Positions 37,604 to 48,148 of a DNA stretch of 64,000 nucleotides are shown here, piece after piece. The position numbers and the translations under genes are program-made. The notes below the pieces were generated by a model. It had not been told where the DNA came from. It ran no database searches and saw nothing but the letters and a program-made list of their open reading frames with translations. Each line of letters starts with the position of its first letter. Position 1 is the first letter of the stretch. Origin of the DNA: Clostridiales bacterium (lineage in GTDB: Bacteria > Bacillota > Clostridia > Lachnospirales > Lachnospiraceae); NCBI GenBank assembly GCA_012520815.1, contig JAAYNM010000023.1, positions 23,416 through 87,415 on the forward strand, in the 5' to 3' direction.

Positions 37604-38413
37604 ATGTCAGACAACGAAAAATATGGCTGTGATAATGGTCTGGATCAAAGTGGTAAAGATGAAGTAGAAACCGATTGTGAAATGGAGATAGTCGAGTACA
37701 GCTATGAAACCATTGAATCTATAGATTTTGCTGATGAAAATGTAGCAAAAGTAGACGATGAAGCTGAGAAACCTAAGAAAAAGCTTATATATAGAATTTT
37801 ATTAGAGGTATGGAGCTATGTTAAGATGTTAGTAGTAGCATTTCTTCTAGCATTTTTTATCAATCAAGTTATATTGATTAATGCGACAGTGCCAACATCC
37901 TCTATGGAAAATACAATTATGGCGAAGAGTAGGATGATTGGACTCAGATTATCATATTGGTTATCAGAACCGCAACGTGGAGATGTTGTTGTGTTTAAAT
38001 ATCCACTAGATGAGAAAGAAAATTATGTAAAACGATTGATTGGATTGCCAGGTGAACGAGTGGAAATTCAAGATGGGCAAATATATATATACAAAGATGG
38101 ATTAATCGTAGAAGGACCCCTTGAAGAGACTTACTTAAAAGAAAAATGGGTCAAAAACGGTGGAACGAGTGGCGACAAGAAGTATGTATTTAATGTTCCA
38201 GAAGATAGTTATTTAATGTTAGGTGATAATAGAAACTGGTCAGCAGATGCTAGAGAATGGGTTTCGATTGTGGAAGCACAACCTGAAAAATATCCTGACT
38301 CAGATATTATATATGTAAAGGATGATAAGATATTAGGAAAGGTATTCTTTACATACTGGGGACCAGATGGCATATCATTCGATTGGATAGATAATAGCGC
38401 AGAATACAAATAA
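37604..38413 (+). CDS. lepB: Signal peptidase I
   Basis: The TM is followed by VPTSSMENT (catalytic Ser box), RGDVVVFKYP, YVKRLIGLPGE (Lys box) and GDNRNWSADAR. The ATG at 37604 follows GAGGAT. Confidence 0.88.
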   Translation: MSDNEKYGCDNGLDQSGKDEVETDCEMEIVEYSYETIESIDFADENVAKVDDEAEKPKKKLIYRILLEVWSYVKMLVVAFLLAFFINQVILINATVPTSSMENTIMAKSRMIGLRLSYWLSEPQRGDVVVFKYPLDEKENYVKRLIGLPGERVEIQDGQIYIYKDGLIVEGPLEETYLKEKWVKNGGTSGDKKYVFNVPEDSYLMLGDNRNWSADAREWVSIVEAQPEKYPDSDIIYVKDDKILGKVFFTYWGPDGISFDWIDNSAEYK

Positions 38414-38523
38414 AATAGAAATCCTCGAATATTTATAGGTATTCGGGGATTTTTATGTAAATACGTATCACAGAGGTAAAACTATGTCCAGAAAAGACAA
38501 TATAGTCAAATTACAGATAAATC

Positions 38524-39288
38524 CTACTGGTGATATTCCCAGTAATCCACCTGTTCTTCATGTACAAATCCATGGTGTGAATACATAGCATGAGCAGCCT
38601 TGTTAGCACCATTGACCTGTAGAAGTATCTTATGGCAACCACTGTCAATAAGTCGCTTTAACACAAGAATCAATGTTTCTGTACCGTATCCACGACCCCT
38701 GTGACTTGCTTCAATTTCAAATTCATATATAGTGGCAACACCGCGGTTATGTTCAACTTTACAACCGCCGATAGGTGTGCCATTAAGTGAAGATTCAAAT
38801 ATCTCGGTGTTAGATTCGGTTTCATAACTTATAGTCAATGTCCCTAGTGGGATAGGTGTTATGTTCATGTTGTATCTCATAAGGTACTCAGAGTGAGAAA
38901 AAGATGTATGTGGGCAAGAGTTGAGAAAAGAAACTCCTGCTTCGCAGCCGGGTTCGTTTACAAGAAATATCTTTTTGATGCCGTAATTTCTAAGATTGTT
39001 CATAGATGAGGATAAAAGACGCTGCAAATATCCATTGCCTCTATATGTTGGAAGTGTGTTTCCGTATATTTCACAGCTAGTTTCATCCGGAATAAAAACA
39101 GATAAAAAACTAATCAAGACATTACCATTGTATAACATGTAGAAGCATGGAAAAAGGGAGATAGAATTCATCTCAGGCTCAAGAAATGAAATGCCACGAG
39201 TATTATCATTTGTTGAACAAATCTGGATAAGAGACTTTGCATCATGGTACTGATTTGAAGTTAAAGTATTAGTAATTATGACGTTCAT
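38524..39288 (-). CDS. GNAT family N-acetyltransferase
   Basis: Acetyl-CoA binding context HRGRGYGTETLILVL, plus a second degenerate copy YRGNGYLQRLL. The start at MNVIITN (39288) has AAAGGAG 9 nt upstream. Confidence 0.7.
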   Translation of the reverse strand: MNVIITNTLTSNQYHDAKSLIQICSTNDNTRGISFLEPEMNSISLFPCFYMLYNGNVLISFLSVFIPDETSCEIYGNTLPTYRGNGYLQRLLSSSMNNLRNYGIKKIFLVNEPGCEAGVSFLNSCPHTSFSHSEYLMRYNMNITPIPLGTLTISYETESNTEIFESSLNGTPIGGCKVEHNRGVATIYEFEIEASHRGRGYGTETLILVLKRLIDSGCHKILLQVNGANKAAHAMYSHHGFVHEEQVDYWEYHQ

Positions 39289-39469
39289 TTTCCACAACTC
39301 CTTTGTTACGCATTTATTATTTTGTAGGTTATATCTCAATATTGTAACAAATATTTACCTTAAAATAAAGGGTTAATTAGATTTACGCTATCATAAATAA
39401 CATAGAATGTTGACATTTAAAACATAATTAATGTGGTATAATTATCAATATTGATTTTAGGAGGATATT

Positions 39470-41275
39470 ATGGATAGCAAATTAAAGAAAAGAAATGAAA
39501 TAGAAGAAAAAGATAAATGGGCGCTTGAGGATATTTATGAAACGGAGGGGGAATTTGATAGGGACTGTATAACGCTAGAAGAGAAGATAAAGGAGATGGA
39601 GAAACTTCCAGGGACTATTGGAGAGTCAGCTACAAATTTACTTTGTACATTAAAACTAGCTGAGGATATTAATAGAATTTGTGAGAAGCTTGTATGTTAT
39701 TCAAACATGAGATTTCATGAGGATACCAGCGTGGGTAAATACCAAGGAATGATGGGAAAAGCACAAGCAATTTGCACTAAGGCAGAAAGTGCTACTTCAT
39801 TTATAAATCCTGAGATATTAATGTGCAGTGAAGAGAAAATCCAGCAATTTATAGATGAAAATGAGGATGATTTAGGGATTTATAGGAAATATTTTTCAAG
39901 AATATTCAGGGATAAAAAAAATACTCTAAGTCAAAAGGAAGAAGCAATTATTGCTAAAATGGGAGAGATTACGGATACTGCAAGCGAAGTCTATAATATA
40001 TTCTCATATGCAGATTTGAAATATGGAAATGTAAATAATGACAATGGGGATGAAATTGAACTAACAGCAGGAAGGTATGTTTCGCTTATGTCATCTAAAA
40101 ACCGGGAAGTACGAAAAGAAGCCTTTTTTGCCATGTATGGAACTATAGAAAAATATATTAATACGATATCTACACTTTTTGTTGCAAACGCTAAGAGAAC
40201 TAAAGTTTATGCCAACATAAGAAATTATGGAAATTCCCTTGAAATGTCACTGAAACCTAAGGGAATTGAATGTTTTGTATATGACAATCTTATAGCTACT
40301 ATTAATGAACATTTGGATACAATGCACAGATATGTGGCTCTTAGAAAAAAAGCACTTGGTGTAGATGAACTCCATATGTATGACATATATGTTCCTATTG
40401 TAGAAGGAAGCGATGACAAGATTTCTTTTGAAGAGGCAAAATCAATGGTCTTTGAGGGACTAAAACCTATGGGAGAGGATTATCTAGCCATTTTAATGGA
40501 GGGATTTGAAAATAGATGGATTGATATTTATGAGAATGAGGGAAAAAGGAGCGGTGCCTATTCATGGGGACCTAGAGGAACTCATCCATACGTACTGCTA
40601 AATTATCAAGGAAGGCTTGATGATGTATTTACATTGGCACATGAAATGGGTCATGCACTTCACTCATATTATTCAGATAATACACAACCTTATGTATATT
40701 CGCACTATGAAATATTTGTAGCAGAAGTGGCATCAACATGTAATGAATCGTTACTAATTCATTCAATGCTAAAGAATTGTAAAGATAAGAAGAAAAGGGC
40801 ATATTTAATCAATCATTTCTTAGAAAGTTTTAAAGGAACAATATTTAGGCAGGTAATGTTTGCTGAATTTGAGAAGATTACACATAAGATGGTGGACGAA
40901 GGAGAAACCCCTACAAGTGACGAATTAAATGAAATATATCTTGGATTAAATAAAAAGTATTTTGGCGAGGAAATGGTAAATGACGAGGAAATAAAATTAG
41001 AGTGGGCTAGAATTCCACATTTTTATACTCCGTTTTATGTTTATCAGTATGCAACAGGTTTTGCAGGTGCTATTGCGTTATCAAGGAAAATTATAAGGGA
41101 AGGGGAGAACGCAGTAAGAGATTATATGAAATTTCTAACAGGTGGTTCATCTCTTGACCCTATAGAATTGTTAAAGCTTGCTGGAGTGGATTTGAGTACT
41201 GCAGCACCAATAGAAGAGGCACTGCAGCTTTTTGAAGAATTATTAGATGAAATGGAAGAAATAATTACAGAATAA
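39470..41275 (+). CDS. pepF: Oligoendopeptidase F (M3B)
   Basis: 601 aa. Zinc motif LAHEMGHALH with a downstream E. Overall PepF-like layout. Confidence 0.9.
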   Translation: MDSKLKKRNEIEEKDKWALEDIYETEGEFDRDCITLEEKIKEMEKLPGTIGESATNLLCTLKLAEDINRICEKLVCYSNMRFHEDTSVGKYQGMMGKAQAICTKAESATSFINPEILMCSEEKIQQFIDENEDDLGIYRKYFSRIFRDKKNTLSQKEEAIIAKMGEITDTASEVYNIFSYADLKYGNVNNDNGDEIELTAGRYVSLMSSKNREVRKEAFFAMYGTIEKYINTISTLFVANAKRTKVYANIRNYGNSLEMSLKPKGIECFVYDNLIATINEHLDTMHRYVALRKKALGVDELHMYDIYVPIVEGSDDKISFEEAKSMVFEGLKPMGEDYLAILMEGFENRWIDIYENEGKRSGAYSWGPRGTHPYVLLNYQGRLDDVFTLAHEMGHALHSYYSDNTQPYVYSHYEIFVAEVASTCNESLLIHSMLKNCKDKKKRAYLINHFLESFKGTIFRQVMFAEFEKITHKMVDEGETPTSDELNEIYLGLNKKYFGEEMVNDEEIKLEWARIPHFYTPFYVYQYATGFAGAIALSRKIIREGENAVRDYMKFLTGGSSLDPIELLKLAGVDLSTAAPIEEALQLFEELLDEMEEIITE

Positions 41276-41336
41276 TTTATTATTGCAAAGAAGTTATATT
41301 TCCTGAAGTAATTATATTTTATACAGCGTTTACGTG

Positions 41337-42752
41337 TTATGAACTTGTGTCAGACAGTTGATTAATCCAAAATCCTGTACGAACCAAAATGAATCCGATT
41401 GTACATTTTATAAGTTCCGTAGCTTGTACAAAGAAATATACAAATACTATAGGTAGATCTGTAAAAACAACTAAAACAAAACAAAGAGGTATGCTCACGA
41501 CCCATACAAAAACCGAGTCAAATAAGAAAGTAATGAGCGTTTTTCCTCCTGAACGCACGGTGAAATATACAGCATTCATAAGTGCATTAGATGGGAAAAA
41601 TATGGAAGCAACTATAAGAAACAAAGTTGCTAAATGTCTTATTTCATCAGTTGTATTATATATGAGCGGATAAAATGGTGAAAAACAAATCATAATTGCA
41701 CCAACAACAGCGCAGGAAATGGTAGAAGTAAAAATCAGCTTATAGGCGGTATCTTTTACCTTGTCCAGCTTGCCAGCTCCTAACATCTGACCGAGGATGA
41801 TAGCAGTAGTATTTCCTAGAGCAATAAAAACAATATTGAAAAGATTACTTAGTGTTGAAGAAATGTTAAAAGCAGCGACAACATCAAGACCTCGTCTTGA
41901 GTAGCCACTCATAATAACAGCCATACCTCCAGCCCATAATATTTCATTGAACATTAAAGGAGAGCCTGTTATAAGAATTTTTCCTGTAAGTTTTTTGCTT
42001 ATATGGAAATTAGTATACAAACCATGGATGAAATTTCTGTGCTTTTTTGCTCTGTGTGTCCAAATTACAACAACGGCAAGTTCTACAAATCTTGAAATAA
42101 CAGTGGCAATGGCAGCGCCTTCTACACCAAGGGCTGGTGCACCAAATTTTCCGAAAATTAAAATGTAATTAAGAATAAGATTCACTAATACGGCAATAAT
42201 TCCACTAATCATTGGTAGAACAGCCTCACCACGCTCACGTAGGGCGCTTGAATAGGTTTGCACCAAGGCGAACGGTATCATTTCTATCATCATGATTTTT
42301 AGGTAGCGTTGTCCATATTGGAGTGTAACTAAAGCAACCTCTCCAGAGTCGTGAATAAATAGTGAAATCAGGGCCTTTCCCGAAAAAATAAAGAGTACCA
42401 CACAAAGAATAGAGACCAATATGCTAGAAAGTACTTTGAATCTCATAGTTTGACGGAAACCCTCATCGTCATTAGAACCGAAGAACTGTGCACCAAAAAT
42501 GCCGGCTCCGGAAACAAGGCCGAAAATGGCGATGTTGTAAACATTCATTATTTGATTGACAATGGAAACTCCAGACATAGCCTCAGTAACAGTTTGGCCA
42601 ATCATAATATTATCAAGGAGACTTACAAAGTTTGTAATACCATTTTGGATCATTATAGGCAAGGCTATTAATACTAAAGATTTGTAGAACTTTTTGTCAC
42701 CTATAATTTTATTTTTTAAAGTAGAGTTTTTTAAAGTCTTATTTTTGAACAT
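41337..42752 (-). CDS. MATE family efflux transporter
   Basis: 471 aa, about 12 TMs. The N-terminal LALPIMIQNGITNFVSLLDNIMIGQ is typical of MATE/NorM-like pumps. Confidence 0.88.
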   Translation of the reverse strand: MFKNKTLKNSTLKNKIIGDKKFYKSLVLIALPIMIQNGITNFVSLLDNIMIGQTVTEAMSGVSIVNQIMNVYNIAIFGLVSGAGIFGAQFFGSNDDEGFRQTMRFKVLSSILVSILCVVLFIFSGKALISLFIHDSGEVALVTLQYGQRYLKIMMIEMIPFALVQTYSSALRERGEAVLPMISGIIAVLVNLILNYILIFGKFGAPALGVEGAAIATVISRFVELAVVVIWTHRAKKHRNFIHGLYTNFHISKKLTGKILITGSPLMFNEILWAGGMAVIMSGYSRRGLDVVAAFNISSTLSNLFNIVFIALGNTTAIILGQMLGAGKLDKVKDTAYKLIFTSTISCAVVGAIMICFSPFYPLIYNTTDEIRHLATLFLIVASIFFPSNALMNAVYFTVRSGGKTLITFLFDSVFVWVVSIPLCFVLVVFTDLPIVFVYFFVQATELIKCTIGFILVRTGFWINQLSDTSS

Positions 42753-42998
42753 TTGTACCTCGCTTGGAACTAGTTAATTTGAATTTTACAATGATAGCAC
42801 ATACGGACAATGATAACAATGTTTTTTTATATAAAATATCAAGATATTTTATATTGTAAGTTTTATATATTTCTTGTAAAATAAATGTGTTTAAGCGACA
42901 AATTTGTTAGGCAAATACAAAAGAAGAATTTGATAATGAATTTAAGAGATAAAAAGCAGAGAAATAAACAAAAAAAAGAGAAGTGTGAGGAAATAAAA

Positions 42999-43703
42999 AT
43001 GTACAAAAATTATATTTTTGATTTATATGGAACTTTAGTGGATATTCATACCAATGAAGGTAAATCATATCTATGGAAGAAGATGCAAATTTGGTATGGT
43101 ATGCATGGAGCTAGATACGAAAAGCCATTAGAAATAAAAAAGGCATTTTACTCTTTAATAAAGGAACACGAAGAGAAGATGGGTTATGAAGATGCTGAAA
43201 TACAGATAGAGTATGTATTTCAGGAGATGTTTAAGTCTAAGGGGATTGATGTATCCATAGGAATTGCTATAGAAACAGGTAAGATGTTTAGAATGTTATC
43301 TTTAGAATATATTAGACTTTATGATGGTGTAGAGGAACTCCTTGATAGACTTAATAAGAATGGAAAGAAGATTTATCTTTTATCAAATGCCCAGAGAATT
43401 TTTACTGAGCCAGAGATGAGATCTCTTGGAATATATGATAAGTTTGATGGCATAATCTATTCATCAGATGCAGGAGTAAAGAAACCATCTGGAAAATTTT
43501 ATGATATATTATTTAAAAAGTATAATTTGAAAAAAGATGAATCAATTATGGTAGGAAATGACCATATTTGCGATGCGGGTGGGTCTAGCAATTATAATAT
43601 TCATAGCTTATATTGGTGGACAAACATTTCCCCGGAACATCCAGGTGCAAAGAACTTGCCACCAATGTGTAAAGAAATTTTTGATATTTCAGAAGCTTTT
43701 TAA
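42999..43703 (+). CDS. HAD superfamily hydrolase (DxYGT variant, haloacid dehalogenase-like)
   Basis: The ATG at 42999 follows GAGG. Motif I IFDLYGTLVD, motif II LLSNA, motif IV-like VGNDHICD. Confidence 0.75.
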   Translation: MYKNYIFDLYGTLVDIHTNEGKSYLWKKMQIWYGMHGARYEKPLEIKKAFYSLIKEHEEKMGYEDAEIQIEYVFQEMFKSKGIDVSIGIAIETGKMFRMLSLEYIRLYDGVEELLDRLNKNGKKIYLLSNAQRIFTEPEMRSLGIYDKFDGIIYSSDAGVKKPSGKFYDILFKKYNLKKDESIMVGNDHICDAGGSSNYNIHSLYWWTNISPEHPGAKNLPPMCKEIFDISEAF

Positions 43704-43837
43704 TTATTATCCTCTTAAGTAGGGTAATAATATGGATATTTGAAATTAAGTATGATAAGATAAATATTGTCGAAATTAGTTAGAAATTGCTTAATAATTT
43801 TGGATAATAACAAAAATAATATAAATGGAGAGATGAT

Positions 43838-44728
43838 ATGTCATACGATAACAGACGAGGCAGTAAATCTGCACGAAAAAGAAGAAAGAAAAGAAGAATA
43901 AGATTTACATTAGACAGTTTAACTAGAATAGGTTTATTGATTCTTGGTGTATTGATTATTGTACTTGGAATCGTATTACTAACTAAATGTGGTTCAGATA
44001 AAGAAGATAAAAAGACTACTACAACCACTGAAGCTACAACTACAACACCAAGTGGCGAGATTGAGCCAAGCTCTGGAGACGGAGATGAAGAGTCGACAAC
44101 TCCTAATGAAGACGAAACACCAGTTGATCCTGCATCAGTGTATGGTGATAATATTACAAATGATGGCAAGATTATCGTGTGTGTAGACGCAGGCCATGGT
44201 GGAGAAGACGGTGGATGTGTTGGAGATAATGATAGATTAGAAAAAGATGATTCACTTAGACTAGCGAAGGCAGTACAATCAGCACTTGAAAATTTAGGAG
44301 TAGAAGTGATAATGACTAGAACCGGAGATACAAATCCATCTAAGTTTGAACGACCAGCAATGGCAAACGAAGCAAAGGCGGATGTATTTATTTCGATTCA
44401 TAGAAACAGCTATCAGGCGGAAGCATCAGTACAAGGTGTAGAAGCATGGATAAGTAGCCAAAATCCAACTAATTCATACAATTTATCAACAGCGATCATG
44501 TCTGCACTAGATGAAGCAGGCATTTCTAGAAATCGTGGTGTTAGAACGGGCACTCCAGATAATGCCTCGGAAGATTATGCAATTAACTCACAAAGTTTAA
44601 TGCCAAGTCTTATTTTAGAGATAGGATTTATTACAAATACAACAGATAATAATTTATATGATACAAAACAGCAAGAATATGCCAATGCTATTGCAAAAGC
44701 TATTTTTGATTGGGTATCTAATCAATAG
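43838..44728 (+). CDS. N-acetylmuramoyl-L-alanine amidase (Amidase_3), membrane anchored
   Basis: TM plus a T/E-rich linker. Zn and catalytic contexts VDAGHGGEDGG, LEKDDSL, FISIHRNS and LILEIGFITN. Confidence 0.88.
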   Translation: MSYDNRRGSKSARKRRKKRRIRFTLDSLTRIGLLILGVLIIVLGIVLLTKCGSDKEDKKTTTTTEATTTTPSGEIEPSSGDGDEESTTPNEDETPVDPASVYGDNITNDGKIIVCVDAGHGGEDGGCVGDNDRLEKDDSLRLAKAVQSALENLGVEVIMTRTGDTNPSKFERPAMANEAKADVFISIHRNSYQAEASVQGVEAWISSQNPTNSYNLSTAIMSALDEAGISRNRGVRTGTPDNASEDYAINSQSLMPSLILEIGFITNTTDNNLYDTKQQEYANAIAKAIFDWVSNQ

Positions 44729-44824
44729 ATTTTAGATAAGGCTAGATATACCACTGGATATAAAAACCTTCTTGCATATTATTAAGGAAATAGATAAAAT
44801 AGATTTGCCTTGGAGGTAACTACA

Positions 44825-45859
44825 ATGACAAAAAAAGAAAATTCAAGAAATAGTATGGGAAATAAGAGAAGAGGAAAATCAGTAATAACATTTTTAGGAC
44901 TGACTCTTTTCATATGTGGTGCAGTGTTTGTGGCATATACAATAATTCAACATAGAAATGATAAGATAGAGAATAATGAAAAACAGGGTGATGGCACTTC
45001 ACAAAATGGTGAATATCAAAGTGAGAGTGATAGCTCTAACAACCTCCAGATTGAAGATCCAACAAGTGGAGAAAGCCAAGGAGGAGTGACATCTGATAAT
45101 AGGGTTAACGTAAAGGATTATGTAGTAACTGACGAAATAAAAAATCTGAATCGAGATATTAGAGGTTGTGGATACGATAGAGGTACTGCAAAAGATGAGT
45201 TTAATCGTCCTATCATTATTGAAAACCTTCAGTCAAATTATGGAGATAAGTATAATGCACTATTCATTGAGACTGAAGCACACAAGAATATTTATCTAAC
45301 ATTCACAATGGGATATGAATATTACAATGGAGATGTGCCTAATACAGAGGTAGTATTAAAAACTCTTCGCGAAAAAGGCGTTAAGGCTGTATTTTTTGTA
45401 GATGGTGGATATGTTAGGAATAATCCTGAGATGTGCAAGAAAATTGTGGAGGAAGGTCATTTGATAGGCTGTCATGGATATGATCATCCGTCAGAAGGTG
45501 TAGCATCTTATCCTATTGATATGCAAATTGATGATGCCACAAAGATTTACAATGCTATTTATGAGGTAACAGGTGTTGAGCCTTATTTATATCGATTTGG
45601 TTCAGGTATTTGGAGCGAACAAGCGCTTGCACTTTTAGATTCCATGGGATTTAAAAATGTATTTTATTCATTTACGTATTACGACTTCGATACGGAAAAT
45701 CAACCAAGTGAGGATAGTTCTTTAGAGTTATGGCTGAAATACCTCCATAACGGTGAGATAATGTATTTACATACTGTCTCAAATACATCAACTAGGATTC
45801 TTGGAAATTTTATAGACGAGGCAAGAAATAGAGGCTATGAATTTGCTCAAATTCAATAG
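44825..45859 (+). CDS. PdaA-like polysaccharide deacetylase (NodB fold) with divergent motif 1
   Basis: The ATG at 44825 follows GGAGGT, and there is a TM. NodB-type blocks IYLTFTMGYEYYNG, GHLIGCHGYDHP, LYRFGSG, GEIMYLHTVS and GYEFAQI resemble the PdaA layout, but the TFD(D/N)G Asp is absent. Confidence 0.7.
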   Translation: MTKKENSRNSMGNKRRGKSVITFLGLTLFICGAVFVAYTIIQHRNDKIENNEKQGDGTSQNGEYQSESDSSNNLQIEDPTSGESQGGVTSDNRVNVKDYVVTDEIKNLNRDIRGCGYDRGTAKDEFNRPIIIENLQSNYGDKYNALFIETEAHKNIYLTFTMGYEYYNGDVPNTEVVLKTLREKGVKAVFFVDGGYVRNNPEMCKKIVEEGHLIGCHGYDHPSEGVASYPIDMQIDDATKIYNAIYEVTGVEPYLYRFGSGIWSEQALALLDSMGFKNVFYSFTYYDFDTENQPSEDSSLELWLKYLHNGEIMYLHTVSNTSTRILGNFIDEARNRGYEFAQIQ

Positions 45860-45891
45860 AATGAAGAACAAAGCGATGTAAAGGAAAATAT

Positions 45892-46425
45892 ATGAAGAAA
45901 CTTATAAAAACTAATAAAAAACACACAATTGCAAGATTTAAGGAAGCATCTCAAAGCAGACTTATGCTAGGGGAGCCAAGGATGGTAGGATTCTTTATGG
46001 GTTCGTATGTTCAACTTCAATATCTATTTGGAGAGAAAGCCTTTTATATATGGGATTTTCTGATACATATAGAAGCAGTAGGATACTTCAAAAAGACAAG
46101 TGAGGGTACGGAACTTAGATATCATATACGTAGAGGATATTGGAATCCCATTATGATACTTGCATGGTATATGGTGCCATTTATACCATTTTTCTTTACT
46201 ATAGCTGCAAATAGTTTATGGGATAAATTCTCTCCACTTTTACGTTTTGGATTACCAGCGATACCCATTGGGTTAAGGATAATTGTTACATTTATATGTT
46301 CACATTTTACTAAAAAATCCAAGGAAGCAATAAAATGTCTGGAAGAGGAAATTAACTACGAAGTAGAACGAATAAACAAATATCCTGATTTTGATGTGAA
46401 GGAAAAAGTGCCTGATAACGTATAA
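45892..46425 (+). CDS. Hypothetical membrane protein (177 aa)
   Basis: Clean ORF with two or three hydrophobic helices (IMILAWYMVPFIPFFFTIAA, GLPAIPIGLRIIVTFI). No family recognised. Confidence 0.5.
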   Translation: MKKLIKTNKKHTIARFKEASQSRLMLGEPRMVGFFMGSYVQLQYLFGEKAFYIWDFLIHIEAVGYFKKTSEGTELRYHIRRGYWNPIMILAWYMVPFIPFFFTIAANSLWDKFSPLLRFGLPAIPIGLRIIVTFICSHFTKKSKEAIKCLEEEINYEVERINKYPDFDVKEKVPDNV

Positions 46426-46432
46426 TTTTGTG

Positions 46433-46461
46433 TTGACAAGCATTTTTTTCTATGATATACT
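46433..46461 (+). promoter_or_regulatory. Near-consensus SigA promoter for tRNA-Gly (TTGACA-17-TATACT)
   Basis: TTGACA at 46433-46438, a 17-nt spacer, TATACT at 46456-46461, about 28 nt before the tRNA 5' end. Confidence 0.75.
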
Positions 46462-46489
46462 TTGTCAGGTGTTCAGCAGGAATGCTAAT

Positions 46490-46561
<72 letters not shown>

Positions 46562-46753
46562 TATTTTTTGCCCAAAAATACAGAAAAATTTCCATAGGCA
46601 AACGATTATTACTTTAATGTTGTGATAATTTATCATAGATGGTATAATAACCAAGATTATGCGAAGAATTAATTTTTGCAGATATCTTCAAAAGAGATAA
46701 ATAGAATATCAAAAAGATAAAGTTTGTTGGCAGAAAAGATGGAGAGAAAGTTG

Positions 46754-48133
46754 ATGAGCAAGTTAAGGATACAGAAGAGTAAAAAATATCAAGCTTCTGT
46801 AATTATGTTCGTAGTTTTGGCTGTAATTACCGGTGTATATATAAGTGTTCTAATGTTAGTAGATATGGATTCGAAGACAAAGCTCACTTATGAACATTCA
46901 TACTCGGCTGAAGATATTGAGTTATTAAGTATTATACCTAAAGATGAACCAGATAAGGCGAACAACAACTCATATAGTAGAATTGTGATTAACGCCGATA
47001 ATATAAAAGAAGACAAGTTGTATGTTATATATGAAACAAGCGAAGAGTTCTGGACTGATGATAGCGGCAGGATAGGGTGTCAATATGACATATGCATTTA
47101 CAATAATGCAAAGTATAAAGTGTCAAATTGGACATTGGTACTTACAGTATCAGATGAAAGCAAAATAGATAGTTTTTGGAATGGTGAATACAGTATAGAA
47201 AAAAATAAAGTTACTGTGACACCAGTTGAATATAATTCGTATATTAATTCAAAGGCGTCTATTCCTATCGGATGTATAATGTATACCAATGGTGAAATTG
47301 GTATAGAGGGCTACAAAATTGTAGCTACAGAAGTTAGAGAGTTTCAAAATACTGATGGATATACATATGCAATTATAATTGCCTGCGTGTTGTTAATATG
47401 CGTACTTATTTGTTTTATCATGCTGATGCATCTTAAGAGAACCAATGATATCGCGAAAGAAAATGCCGAGATTATTAATGAATCGTTATATACATTTGCA
47501 AATATTATTGATGCCAAGGATACTTATACGAGAGGTCATTCTATTAGAGTTGCTCTTTATTCTAAAGAAATAGCACGAAGAATGAAAAAATCAGCAGATG
47601 AGCAGGAGAGAATATATAGAATTGCTCTGCTTCATGATATAGGAAAAGTTGGCGTAACAGATGATATTTTGAAAAAAGCAGGAAGACTGAATGATAATGA
47701 AATAGAAATTATAAAGAAACATGCAGAGATTGGTGGACATATTCTAGAAAAGTTTGGAAGTATTGACGGTCTTGCAGACGGGGCAGGTTACCATCATGAA
47801 AGAATTGATGGAAAAGGCTATCCAGAGGGATTAAAGGATAAGGAAATTCCAGAGGTTGCTAGAATTATCTGTATTGCTGATTCTTATGATGCTATGAGTA
47901 GTAGTAGATGCTATCGTAAGGGGCTAGGAGAAGAATATATTGTTAGCGAATTAAAAGCTTGTGCAGGCTCACAGTTTGATGCAGAGATAGTTCCGTTTAT
48001 GTTGGAAATGATTGCAGAGGGTTTTGCACCTATAAAAGATAATGGTGATGAACCTAAAAAACGCAGAGAGAAATCACATAAAAAACCGTATAAAATATCG
48101 GAAAATCATAGTTGGATTTGGCGAATTTTGTAA
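46754..48133 (+). CDS. HD-GYP domain c-di-GMP phosphodiesterase with two TMs and an extracytoplasmic sensor region
   Basis: RGHSIRV ... LLHDIGKVGV ... GYHHERIDGKGYPEGL (HD and HHExxDGxGYP). The start is uncertain: TTG 46724, ATG 46739, or ATG 46754, the last with GGAGAG upstream. Confidence 0.85.
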   Translation: MSKLRIQKSKKYQASVIMFVVLAVITGVYISVLMLVDMDSKTKLTYEHSYSAEDIELLSIIPKDEPDKANNNSYSRIVINADNIKEDKLYVIYETSEEFWTDDSGRIGCQYDICIYNNAKYKVSNWTLVLTVSDESKIDSFWNGEYSIEKNKVTVTPVEYNSYINSKASIPIGCIMYTNGEIGIEGYKIVATEVREFQNTDGYTYAIIIACVLLICVLICFIMLMHLKRTNDIAKENAEIINESLYTFANIIDAKDTYTRGHSIRVALYSKEIARRMKKSADEQERIYRIALLHDIGKVGVTDDILKKAGRLNDNEIEIIKKHAEIGGHILEKFGSIDGLADGAGYHHERIDGKGYPEGLKDKEIPEVARIICIADSYDAMSSSRCYRKGLGEEYIVSELKACAGSQFDAEIVPFMLEMIAEGFAPIKDNGDEPKKRREKSHKKPYKISENHSWIWRIL

Positions 48134-48148
48134 TAAAAGGAGAAAGAT

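Noticed and set aside
42800-42840. Direct 9-nt repeat ACAATGATA…ACAATGATAACAATG in the MATE/HAD divergent promoter region
   Set aside because: Short, AT-rich and unique. It could be a regulator site, but the sequence alone gives no evidence beyond chance.
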